Below, in pieces: positions 25,430-38,300 of a stretch of DNA of 64,000 nt. Location: NCBI GenBank assembly GCA_051294375.1, contig CM119267.1, positions 23,584,257 through 23,648,256 of the forward strand. Direction: 5' to 3'. Under the pieces are notes generated by a model. That model worked only from the letters and a program-made list of their open reading frames with translations. It had not been told where the DNA came from and made no database searches. The position numbers and the translations under genes were made by a program. The stretch is from Paraspadella gotoi. Lineage: Eukaryota > Animalia > Chaetognatha. How positions within the stretch are numbered: position 1 is the first letter of the stretch; every line of letters starts with the position of its first letter.

Positions 25430-26577
25430 GTGAGTAATTTCCATTATTAATTCAAATTTTTGTTAACGTCATCAATTTTCTTTACTTTGGTCGAAATTTT
25501 GTAAGTATGTAAAAGATTTTTATTTAAGGACATTTAAGGTCATTTTTAACTGGCCACCACGTGAAGCCTCAATTTGGAGCGAGGGTAACAATGTCTTTAT
25601 TCTGGGGAAACTTGTTTCGCTCTTTCGCTTCGCAATTGAGCGCGGGTAACAAAAGAACAGTTTGGGAAGGATTTGGCCGCGAGGTTCTGCCATCTCTCGT
25701 CGGGATTGAAGCTTTCTTGTCTTTTGTTCCTATAGGACCTACTACGGATTTTTAGAAATTTTTAGCTTTTATATCTAAGAAATATAAATTCGATATTTAA
25801 ATTTCGATATTGTTGAAAGAATTATTTAAAAAAAAAAATGATCAGAAAAAGAACTCGTTTCCCCGATCTTAATTTTAACACAATAACAATATTTCCAACT
25901 TTTTATCTTTAGCCTTAATTTTACAAATTCGTTATTCTCACTGAGAATCTCAGAACTTTTATTATCTTTCCTCTTTCCTTTTCTGTCTCCTCTTCCTTAT
26001 CATTCCCTCACACAGTTTCTTTATCCATCCTTTTAACCCGAGTTATCCTACTTTAAACTCCATTGGCATTGCATTNNNNNNNNNNNNNNNNNNNNNNNNN
26101 NNNNNNNNNNNNNNNNNNNNNNNNNNNNNNNNNNNNNNNNNNNNNNNNNNNNNNNNNNNNNACCGATTTTCGCCTCCCAAGTGATTTCATGATTCATAAT
26201 TTTTTTTAATGCGTTTGTACCCGGGGAAATTATAGGAGACGCTGATCAGAGTGGGCGTGGTGATGAGACGGAGGAGGAGGAGGAGGAGGAGGAGGAGGAG
26301 GAGGACGACGACGACGAGTACGATGACCACCAAAACGTCGTCTCCCAGGGGAGTTATTAGTTTGTTCCAAGTTATAAAAGTCACTCGAGTGAAAGAATAA
26401 AGAAACTGCAGTTTAATTTGTTAAAATTATTAAAAAACCTCAAAACAAATGTTTAGGTTAATTGCTAAAAAGTTCAAAAGGTTTAAAAGCTACGTTAAAT
26501 CCTCAAAGCATTATTTATAAAAAAAAAAGACAGTGTCGATTCCCGTCACTTTGCGCGTTTAGAAATTATTAAGCTCA

Positions 26578-26693
26578 GAGGCCCCGCCCGCGCATACAAT
26601 CAGCCATCTCGGCCCCGCCCGCGCATACAATCAGCTACTGTGCCTCTCGCCCGCGCTTTTTATGCAAATATTTTTTTCTTTCCTTCGTTGCAG

Positions 26694-26735
<42 letters not shown>

Positions 26736-27110
26736 CGAATTCAGTTCAAACTCTCTGCTATCTCACGATCGCTCCATCTCCCCACGAGGACGGTCAGTTA
26801 TATCCCTGACAACCAAATCTCCGAATCATCGATTAAGTTGAATCTCCACGGCCAATCACCGCGGCCAATCACCACGGTCAATCACCAAATAGAATCGCTA
26901 CGCCGAATCACAACAGCGTATCACCATGGCGAATAACAGCGATTCACCACGGCTAATCACCCCGGCAAATCACCCAATCACCGCGGCCAATGACCGAATC
27001 ACCACGACCAGAAAGTTAGAGAGAATTTCTGTGACCAAAAGAAGAAAAAAAAATATCTTAATCGTTGATCGAAGTGGCCGCTAGAGGACGCGACGACTCG
27101 CCGGGGGCGA
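26578..27110. promoter_or_regulatory. Possible promoter/insulator-like module
   Basis: Duplicated ggccccgcccgcgcatacaatcagc (GC box), repeated ggccaatcacc (CCAAT) units 26850-27000, and CTCF-like tggccgctagaggacgc at 27075; motif matches only. Confidence 0.25.
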
Positions 27111-27595
27111 GGAAAATATTCAATATTCATTCGAGCAAAATATTGTGCATTTTACATGAAAATCACTAGAATATCTTAAAAGGACTTCTGTTTTTTTTTT
27201 CTTAAATAATTTTGTGAGAGATCTCTTTGATTTGATTCTTTTCTCTGACTAACAACTAGGAATGTCTGAGTCCTTTCTCTATCTTCTTCTGAGATCCTGA
27301 GCCTCTCTCCCCTTAGCTCTTACTTACCCCTTGTATCTACTATCACTATTTTTCTCTTCCCCCTCCTCCCTTCCTCTTTTCCCCCCTCCCTCCCCCCATA
27401 TTCCTCCACCAGTTATCTTCCAATTTTCTCTGCCCCAAGATAACAAAGTTTCTCCCAATAAAAAAAAAAGAAAAAAAAACCCACAACAAGTCTCCGTCTC
27501 GCCGCTCGTTAAGGGCTCACTCCTCCTCCTCCTCCTCCTCCTCTACTTACTCCTCCTCCTCCTTCCTTCGCATTTATGCCCTTTTTGACACTCTC

Positions 27596-27642
<47 letters not shown>

Positions 27643-28035
27643 AGTCTCTCTCTCTCTTTCCCTCTCGCTCAATCTCTTCCCCTTCTTCCCCTTCTCTTTC
27701 TTATTCTTATTTCCCTTTCTTTTCTTTCCTTTCCTGTCTTTTCCTTTTTTTCATTTTTTTTATTTCCTTTCCTTTCCTTTCCCTTCCTTACTCTTTCATT
27801 CCTTCGCCTTCTCTATCTCTCCCATCACGTTCTACTATACCTCCTTCTCTCTCTCCCTGCTTCCACTTTTCTTCTCCTCCTCCTCTTCCTCCTTCTTCCT
27901 CTTCCTCCCTCCTTCTCGCCTCAGTAGTCACTTTTGATAGTCAGTGCTCGGCTCAAGGGGAAAGGAAAGTGTCTGGTCATCAGTTGAGACTTTGACGCTG
28001 AAAAATCCAGGAATGGGACGAGGAAGAGGAGGAGA

Positions 28036-28066
<31 letters not shown>

Positions 28067-28609
28067 TAGGGAGAGAAAGAGAGAGAGAGGGAGAGAAAGA
28101 GAGAGAGAAAAACAGAAACAGAGATCGATGGAACATAGAAGACAAAGACAAAAATAAAAGGAAAAGGAGACAAAGAAAAAAAATAGGAAAAGAAATGAAA
28201 GATCAAGAATAAATAGAAAGAAAGAACTCAGAAGAGAAGGGGAAGTAGAAAGAATAAAAGGAGAGAACAAAGATGTGAATAGAGCAATAATATGAAGACT
28301 TTTCGAGCTTCTTCTGTGATTAAAGCATTAAAGCGGGAAAGCGTGCAATGGCCGAAAGCGGGCAATGGCATCTAGAAAGTGGTCAATGGCAATATTGCGA
28401 GCTAGTTATCATTCAGATTCAAAGTTAAATAAATAAAACTGGCACAATTTGTTTAACGTATCACTATAAAGGGACAGCTTCTACTTCAGCCCTGTAATGC
28501 ACATTTCCTTCAAACGGCCACTGGACCTTTCGACCGCGTGACCCGCGAATTAACGAGAAAAAAATGCGTCGGTAGTTTGGGGACTCGAGACCGAGATGGA
28601 GTCGTTTCG

Positions 28610-28670
28610 TTAATGCGCGACTCGGGCCGTTAATGCCCGGGTCGGGCCGTTAATGCGCGGGTCGGGCCCG
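28610..28670. repeat. Three 20-bp GC-rich tandem units (ttaatgcgcgggtcgggccg)
   Basis: Directly visible. Confidence 0.85.
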
Positions 28671-30723
28671 ATTGAGAGGGAGTGAAAGTGAGAGAGGAGA
28701 GAGAGAAAAAATTTTTTTTTTCTGTTTAAATGTGAGAACGCGCAGTTACAAGTGGCTGCAATTGTTTTCCGCATTTCTTCGGTTTTCAAGCTTGAGTCAA
28801 GTATAAGGAATTGTGAATGAAGCCCGGAACGAGCATAATGAATAGTGAATGACGACCGGAAGGAAGAAATAACTGAGAGTGAATGTTTACTGAAATGAGA
28901 GCAATGAATGTCGGATGAGAAATGAAGCGCTGCCTCCGGAATGAGAATAATTAATTGAGACTGTCGACTGCAGATGTCGTAATGAATCGCGTGTGAAGAA
29001 AGAAAAACAAATGACGTCTCGTTTTTCGTGAGAAAAAAATATTTTGTTTTGATGTTGTATTTTTTTAATTTTTATTCTCGGCTTGAGACTATTACAAATG
29101 GTAAACGTTTCCTAGAAAATAAAAAAAATTACAACATAGCGTTAGAAATTCGGGCGCCAATTTATTCAAAATAAAAAAAAGCTGAGAAAAGGTCTTTGAA
29201 TAAAAGTCTAAACGAGAATTTTCGAATCTTTAATGAATTCAACTTCTGCAGTGAAAAGATAAGAAATGAAAACAAAAAAACAACAAGAATCAAACGCGAA
29301 GAAGCAAAATAAATAAGGAATTAAAAAGAATTAAGATATAAAGTAAACAAAAATAAACAGAAGAGAAAAAAGATAAGTTTAAAAAAAATTTGAAAAAAAA
29401 ACAGACGACAAGAAATAAGGAAAAAGTGAAGGAAAAGATCTCGAAGGAAAATTTAAATACAAATATGGCGTGAATTGTGTGAACTGTGAAATTGCGTGAA
29501 AAAATGAAAAAAAATAATGTGAATTAGAAAAAGGATTAGGGCGTCTGAAGTCTGAAGTCTTCCTTAGCCGTCCTCGCCTGCAATGAAGGCAGGCTTGGCC
29601 TAAGCCCAAGCCCAAGCCTTGGGGGATTTTCCAGCTCCCCCCCTCGAAAAGACGGTTGACGTCCCTTTTCACTCTTGTGTACTTTTCTAGCTGGGATCGA
29701 TCCTGGAACCTAACGATTCCGATAGCAACATAAAATACTTAAGTCTTTAGAGGCATGTATCCTTGTGACTTTGTCATTTTCTCTCGCTGACTCCTTTCCT
29801 CCTTTTTTTTTCTCATTGACAAAGGGTCATTCAAATCAACTTTGGCTAAGGGAGTTATTGTAGTCATGTAGTCATGTCATGTCATGTAGTCATGTAATCA
29901 CAAGGAAATACACGTAAAAATAAAGTCACCACGGCACAACACATTGGATAAACCGATCTTGTTTTTAAGTCTCTCAATTTTTGCTGTTATCTTCATCCTT
30001 TACTTTATTTAACTTTTTTTAATTTCTCGATTTCCTGTTACATTCTCACTCTCTCCCTCTCACATATTTCTAACCTTACCTTTCCTTTCTTCTTTCCCTT
30101 TTCCCTGCGTCTTAACGATTTCCCGATTTCAAACGAGCTTCCCTTTTTACGACGACGCTAAGCGTGAACGAGTAAGACGACAACGAAAACGACGACGACG
30201 ACAACGACGACAATAATAACGACGACGAAAATACGACGACGACGACAACGACAATAACGACGACGACAATAACGACGCCAAAAAGTAACGCCGCGCTGCT
30301 CTTCGACCCTCAAGGTCTCAGGATCGAATCTGGTCGTTGACTTTTTTCACGTCGTTGAAATTTAAAGCGGGACGGTGACTGATCGATGTACAATGTGCAA
30401 TGCAAAGTGTGACACTCACGTGACATTTATTTCGGTTTCACTGTGAGAGAAACAAGAGAGAAACCTTGAATCTTTGTCGGAGGCAACGCAATAGTTTTTG
30501 TCCATCAGCGAGAATTTGTTGGAATTGACGAGAGATGCGAGAAGTATGTTTAAGAACGGGAGAGAGAGAGAGAGAGAGAGAGAAGAGAGAGCGAGGTAGG
30601 AGAGAGAAAGAGGCGAGAGAGAGAGAGAGAGAAGAGAGAGATGAGAGAGCTATCAATTCGCCCTGGGGAATCTTCTATCTCCAAGAGAAATGTCCGCACA
30701 AACCGCGATTCCGATGGAGGATC

Positions 30724-30828
30724 GAACGGACGGACGGACGGATGGACGGACGGATGGACGGACGGACGGATGGACGGACGGACGGACGGACGGACGGACG
30801 GACGGAAGGACGAACGGACAGATGGACA
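30724..30828. repeat. (GGAC/GGAT)n microsatellite
   Basis: Directly visible. Confidence 0.95.
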
Positions 30829-31050
30829 GTAAAGATGTCATGAGGGTGTTTATATTTTTTTGATGTTAAATTAAAATAAGATTTACGTTAACCTATTGGC
30901 AAAATGCGTTTTAGGAATAAATTCCAAAAAGAATTGCACATATGTAGCAAATTGTGCAATTGCGCAACAGGAACGCCTAAACAACCGAAAGAAAGAAAAT
31001 CACATGATTCGACTTCATCCTTAATCTTAGAGAGATTGGATTGATTCCTT

Positions 31051-31107
<57 letters not shown>

Positions 31108-31203
31108 GAGTTTATCTCGGAAAATCAAAGGATTGCGAGATTTTCTTTCTGGCACCGGAAGGCCAAAGCATTTCCTTCTTTATATAGTTTAAATGGTTTG
31201 GGT

Positions 31204-31282
<79 letters not shown>

Positions 31283-32534
31283 CTCTCCTCCCTCTCACTC
31301 CCCTCTCAAGTCTCCTTAACGCGCCTCCAGGAAAAAGCTTGGGATCGCTAAAGCGGCGGCCACTTGGGTCGTTCGCTTCTGATGTCATGGGACGACGACC
31401 CACGACGACGATGATAACGACGACGTGATGCCTCGTTTTCGCGAGAAATCGACCATCTCGCAAATGCGACACCGTTGGGAGCGGGAGGATTTACGCAACG
31501 TAAACAAGGGAAAACGTTTTCCTTAATCCCTTTTCCCAAACGAGACGGGAGAATCGTTTAGCACAAAATATTTATTTCGAAATTAAAACCAAAATCTAAA
31601 TAATTTTTTTTTCTTGATTTTTTCAAAAAAAAGAAGCTCTGTATGGCTACTTAAAAATCGTTAAAGTACCAAGTTTAATACAATTTTGGACTTTCGCGTT
31701 GATATAAAATGTCAATTAACTAATAACTATTAGATCGAAACAATTCCGACATGTTGCTCTCTCTCGTGATTCAAATCGTTTTTTTTAATAAATGAAAAAA
31801 AACTATATAAATTTTTCCGACCTATAAACCGTGAGGATTTTATTCAATTCAGCCCCGCGCATTTCAGAATCTAACTTCCTCCACTGAATCTTAATTCAAT
31901 TTCTGAATTCAAACGAAAAAACGAATCAGAAATCTGATGATCGAGAAAAAACAAAAGACAAAAAACAAAAAGAAAATAAACAAAGTCTGAGTGAGTCACA
32001 CGAGAACGCGACCGAACCACGACCCCGACCGACGACGATTAGTCGATTTCCAAATGAAGAAAACGCAGAAGGTGAAAAGAAATTAAGAAGGGGGGAGATT
32101 AGTAGTTGTCGTTGTTGTCGTTGACGTCGTCATCGTCGTCATCGTTGTTGTCGTCGTCGTTATCGTCGTCATCATCGTCGTCGTCTTCGTCCTAGTCGTC
32201 ATCGTCGTCGTCATCATCGTCGTCGTCGTCGTCGTCGTCGTCGATACCATTCTTCATCTCTTCCATAAGATTCTTTACTACCTCCTGTCATGTTTGTTTG
32301 TTGATGATGATTGTACTGAATCAACCTCGTTGTATTCGAATAAAATCGCATATATATAATGTAATGTCGAGAACCTTACCTTTCCAGTCACTCCGCCTAA
32401 ACCTTTTATGTCCTTACCTTTCCTTACCTTACTCTTTCGCCAACCTCATGGCTTAACTCACTTAAGCTTAATCGTTGGCTCACAATAGACTCACAGTTTC
32501 ACTTTTCTGTTGCTGACGTGAGGATTGTGATATT

Positions 32535-32681
32535 TATGACGATGACATGATAACGATGATGATAATGATGATGATGATATGATGATTATGATAAAGACGA
32601 TAGACAGGATAACGATGATGGTTATAGTGATATCATGACATGATTATGATAATTACGAGGATGCCGGCGACGGCGACGATT

Positions 32682-32754
<73 letters not shown>

Positions 32755-32881
32755 CGCTAGAATTGACGTCTACGTAGACTGACGATGACGACGACGAAAA
32801 CAAAGACGAAAACGAAGAATAAAAGCGGGAAAAGAAATCTGGCGCTAAATCTGAACATACGAGTGTTATGACAATTCTGGA

Positions 32882-32954
<73 letters not shown>

Positions 32955-32955
32955 C
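32535..32955. repeat. (GAT)n and (GAC)n trinucleotide tracts
   Basis: Pure (GAT)n ~32683-32753 and (GAC)n ~32883-32953 with degenerate flanks. Confidence 0.95.
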
Positions 32956-33163
32956 AACCATTTTCCTTGACGACGCGAAGGGCAACGAGTGTTTTCCCGA
33001 CTTTGGACTCAGTTCACGACGTAAATCTATTTCCAGCCGCCAGAGGGCAAAGCGTCGATGATGAGGACGACGACGACGACGACGTCAACGCCAGCGGCGA
33101 ATTGTTATGGCGGCGAAATAACGTGTCGAAGAAAGGCGGTTTTGGGTCACGATGGATAAGAAA

Positions 33164-33227
<64 letters not shown>

Positions 33228-33885
33228 AATAAGAATATGGGTTTATCTATATTTATGTACATATTGGTTAAGGTCATTGATAAATCTATGTACATAAACA
33301 ATTTATTTTCATATTAATTAACAATTCTTTTCCCCTTCTCTTCTTTTCGACTTATCACTTTCTCATGGATACGAAAAAACCATCAGGTAAGTTAATTTTC
33401 AATCTAACTAATTTTGATTTCATTGTTTTACTATGTTCTCACACTGTTCTATGTTAAGAAAATCTTANNNNNNNNNNNNNNNNNNNNNNNNNCTTAAGTG
33501 CTCAAGTCGCATGATCTTTTGTATAATAAATATTCTCTTCCACGAAAATATATTGTAAATCTGGAGAAAAAGAATGGAAAAAAAAGAGAAAAAATAAGCT
33601 CAAAAAAAAAGGAAAAAAGAGAAAAACGAAAAAGTAAATCGGACGGAAAAGAAGAAGACCCTGGGAACTGGCTAAAGGGCTGAAAAAGAGAAGACCAAAC
33701 TCTCAAGAGACTCGTTTCGTCTCTCTTCTCTTCTCTCTCTCTGTCTCCTCTCTCTCTCTCTCTCTCTCTCGTCTTCTGATCTTCACTACTCAGCATCACT
33801 TTATTTTCTCCAATGCATTTGTATCCAAAATCTATTTCTCATTTTGCGTCATGCAGCTGATAATGACTCTCTCTCTCTCTCTCCG

Positions 33886-33918
<33 letters not shown>

Positions 33919-34370
33919 GTCTCTCTCTCTCTCTCTCTCTCTTCTACTCCCTCTCTCTCTCTCTCTCTATCTCTTTGATTTTCAGACCACTACTATTCAT
34001 CTTACTCCTACTTCAAAAAGCTTCCATTTCTATCTCTCTCTTTCTCTTTGATTTCGACCACTATATCATCTTACTCTACTTCAAAAGCTTCCATTTCTTT
34101 CCTTGGAAATTGGAATACATATGCAAAGCTGCACATCTCTATCTCTAATTTTCTCTCTCACACACTTATTTTTTTCAGTTCTACAAGCTTAATCGGTAAA
34201 GAGTAAATGTAGTTAATTTTAATCTCCAATTAAATGTTAATGATCCGCGTTACAATCGCTACATTAAAAGCTGTTCTTTTGTTAAAAATACAATCATTCG
34301 ACGTATTATTGATTCTTATTACAGACTTATAAACATTCAAAAATATATTTTCAAGAAACTGAATTTAGAT

Positions 34371-34424
<54 letters not shown>

Positions 34425-35139
34425 AGTGAGAGAACAAGACGAGAGAGACAGAGAGTTTAAACGACATCACTTGACAAAATGTATTTATAAAATTCTCAAA
34501 CTTTGGCGTCGCCAAATAACAATGATAATTTTGATAACAATAAAAAAATCCGGGATGCGAACTGAAGGCGATTGTCATATGAATGTGAAAACAATTTCGT
34601 TGTTGACGTCAGTGAGAAAAATCGTGAATCTCAAATCACTCACATAAATTTTTTTTAGATTTTTTTCATACAAGAAAAAAAAATCAGAAAGAAGACGATA
34701 TATTCTCTCAAAACGACATGGCTCGCACACTGGCCGCAGTGTGCGCTCCATATCGCACGCACAGTGGGCAATTCGTGGCGAGATTGACAAGCGCTGGTTT
34801 ATTTTTTTTCTTCGCTCTGAAAGAAAGAAAGAGGGCAGGAGTGAGGTGAGGGGGGGGAGGTGAAAAAGAGAGGGGGGAGGAGAGAGAGATTTCGTCGTGA
34901 CTACAAATGGCAGCCATTCAAAGGCCAAAACATATTTCCATGACGAGATGGAGGGATGAGGAAGAGGAGGAAGAGGAAGAGGAAGAGGAAAGGAGGAAGA
35001 GGAGGAGGAGAAGGTAGAAGAAGAAAAAAGTAAAAAAATTTTAAGGGGACGAATGGAATCAGATTTTCATTTTTGATTTGAAGCGAATCTTTTTTATTTA
35101 GATTTTAAATTTAGAAATTTGGATTTTGACTTTATGTTC

Positions 35140-35335
35140 TAGATTTTTAGATTTTTAGATTTTTAGATTTTTAGATTTTTAGAGTTTTAGATTTTTAGAT
35201 TTTTAGATTTTAGATTTTAGATTTTTAAATTTTAAGATTTTTAGATTTTAGATTTTTAGATTTTTAGATTTTTAGATTTTTAGATTTTTAGATTTTTAGA
35301 TTTTTAGATTTTAGATGTTAGATTTTAGATTATAG
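35140..35335. repeat. (ATTTTTAG)n 7-8-bp tandem repeat
   Basis: Directly visible. Confidence 0.95.
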
Positions 35336-38300
35336 ATATTTTATTTTTGAAATATGAGTTTTGTTTTATATTCGGAAGTAAATAGGACAAACTGGAATTT
35401 ATAAGTTTTTTTTGCCTGAATTTTAGCTGAAAAAAGATATTTTGTTGTGTTTATGTGAAAAAAATAGAGATTCCTCTTAAAATTGAGCTTGTGAGTCTAA
35501 TTTTCTATCTGTATCATTTCACAGCCTCTTTTTATTGGAAAGGCGTTAATCGAATTTTCGATTTGTTCCGTGGATCGCGAAAGATAGGAAGGGAGAGAGN
35601 NNNNNNNNNNNNNNNNNNNNNNNNCAGGGGTGCGGATAACGACTGGAAGAGTCTTTAATTGAAAGAAGATTCAGGGCAGAAGGATGTGTAGGAGATAGGA
35701 GGGCAGGAACGGAAGGGGAGAAGGAGGCAGGAGGCGTTAACTGGAGGAGGAAGTCGTGTATGAAGATGAGAGGAGAGAAGAGATACGGATATACGTCACC
35801 CAATGAGAAAATTTAAGAAGATCGTCTGTTAAGAGAACTCGATAGAAACGGCGGCCGAGCGCGAGATTGATGTGGGAAAGCGGATGACGGAGATGTCCGA
35901 CTCTGGTCGACCTGGCGGAAGACCTACGTCTTTTGCGTCGGAGATTGGGGAGTCAATAATAGTGGTGAGGGAGATTAGGGATTTAAACGGAAGGGGATGG
36001 GTTGGGTGGATGCCGAAGGAAGGTTGGCATTGGTAGAAGTAGGTGTAGGGTTAAAAGTGGGAGGTAGGGTAGGGATTGGGCGGGCAGATCGTGGGATGGA
36101 AAGGAGGTCAAATAGAGCATGGGGAGTTTCTCGACCTGAGAGGGGGATCCTAATATAATTGAATATATGAAAAAAAAGAAATCAGTCACGGAGAAAAAGT
36201 ATAAATAGGAGGTGAAAAATAGAGGTGACGTGATTTGAGAAAAGACAGGAGAACCCCGATATAATAAGCGCAAGTGAGAGAAAAAGTGTAGGAAATATAT
36301 TCCTTAAAATGGATTAAAAAAAATTTAACCAGAATATGTGTATAGAAGGAAGAATTATAAAAATATAGAGGAAATACGTAATGTGTAAAGAAATTGGCAA
36401 AGCAAAGGAGTTCAGTTAATTACCTGAGGAGTCTTTAAGAAAATATTAATAAATTGGAGCAAGATAATGTGTTAGAGAGAATAAAGATTAGAACAGAATC
36501 AAAATTAAGAACACCCGTTAAAAATTTAAGAGGACACCTCTCACAAACGTGATAAAAGAGAAGTTAAAAGAAGTTAGACCAGAATAGAATGAAAATACTT
36601 TAAGTGGGAGGTTACTTTATTAGAGTGAATAAAAAATATACTAGTAACAAAAAAAGATGATAGAGAGAATAATAAGAACAGACAGGAAAAGAGGAAGAGG
36701 CGGACGAGCGAGGAAAACGGAAACTGCGGAGAAAACAGATTGGTTCGAAACCTTTGGACTGCAGGGACAAGCAGGGGAGCCCAAGTTAACCCACTAGTGA
36801 TGCAGGTCTTTTTTGGAAAGAAATCAGGCCTTGGAATGTATGGTGTGAGTGAATAACTAAAGCGTGTAACGGAGAGTATGAACCATGAGATCCCTCTCAC
36901 GCTGGTGAGTATCCTTTTTTTGAAAATGTTGAATGTGCCGACGTGGTAGTAGAGGCATGGGGTATCTAGGTGGTACGTGATAGGACAAGAGCAGCTTCTC
37001 TCTCTCGTGCCCGTAACACCCTGTGAGGTATTCTCCGATATTCTCGGTTCTTCGGATGTAGCGACTCGTGCTAGCAAACTCTGGAGGTCTCCAGCGTCTG
37101 CTCCTCTACTTCGTCTCCGGTCGTCTCCTCTCTTTTTTTGCCAAACATTAAATATATATTTTTAGTGCCCTATCGATTTGTGTTGTAGCGGTTCATGTAT
37201 ATTATTAGCTATGTCCGGACCGGGTATGTTTTAGAGGCCGCCAAGGAAGGCAAGAGTTTAACCTTGGGAGGTCCCTTAGTCGTGAAACGAGATTCCTTAT
37301 GTGGCATCTCCAAATATGATACGGCAAAGAAAAAAGTATAGGCGTTGGAGAGAATCTCCGGAGTTACAACGGAGGAAGGAGCCAGGGCGTCCTAACCTTG
37401 GAGGTCTTGGGATTAGCATGCGATGTTAACAAAGATTTGCGGCAGGCCCAAGTAGTTGATCTGAACAGAGAAGGAACGCTCACAAGTCCGCAAACTAGGT
37501 TATATGAAAGGTAACTTTTTTTAGTGAATACTCACAAGAGACAAGGACTGCGTTTTAAAAAAGTTTAAGTAGAGTGTCCCGATTAGCGATATAGATATAT
37601 TGTCTGTTCAATCTCTCTGTGAGTTTTTAGTCTTTGTTTCACTGTCTTTTATGTATATTTATATCATTGTCAGGTCTCTCTCCATGTTCGTGTTTTGTTT
37701 AGTAGATAGTCCTTCCTGCTCGGACCGCATTTGTGGTATAGGTAGCCTTACCGATGCGCTTGTATTCAACACTGTGCACGTGCCCTGATTATTCTTTCGG
37801 CTTCCACGTTTCGTGAGCTGAGATTGTTGACCGGTATCCGGAATGGTAGCAGCTTACGCGTGGTCTGTATCACTGAGGTCTCTCCTCTCTGTAATAAAAT
37901 ATTCCCTAATTGAGCGGCTTCAGGAGATAGCGTTCCCGCATCCGGTTAGGTTAATGAGAAGCAGATCCATACCTGCGTGTGTCGTCTTTTTTTGATATAT
38001 ATCAATTCCAACGTGTGTCTTGTCGTTATGTACCGTTCTTGGCTGTTTGCTAACGTAATGCGCATTCGCGTATCCGTCTGAATTTCTGCGCCCTTTGGCC
38101 TCCACTAATCTCTCCTCGCAGGCCTTCTTTTGTCACCTAATCAGTCCTTAAACGCCCAAGTCGTGGTGACCGGATGATACAAAGGGAAGAACCGAGAATG
38201 CGCCAAGAGCGGTGCGACTTTCGAGAATGGTCTCGTATTGCTGGTACGCAAGAAATCAGTCAAGAAGTGTGAGAGGCGAGAATAGGCGAGGATTGATGAG

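Noticed and set aside
33960-34100. Short local tandem duplications (also 10626-10768 and 12028-12108)
   Set aside because: Ordinary slippage or consensus stutter with no sign of function.
17-34647. Long ORFs rich in SLSL, RERE, KRKE, FFLF, RRRR or TTTT
   Set aside because: They are translations of (GA/CT)n, purine tracts and (GAC)n microsatellites, which lack stop codons by construction.
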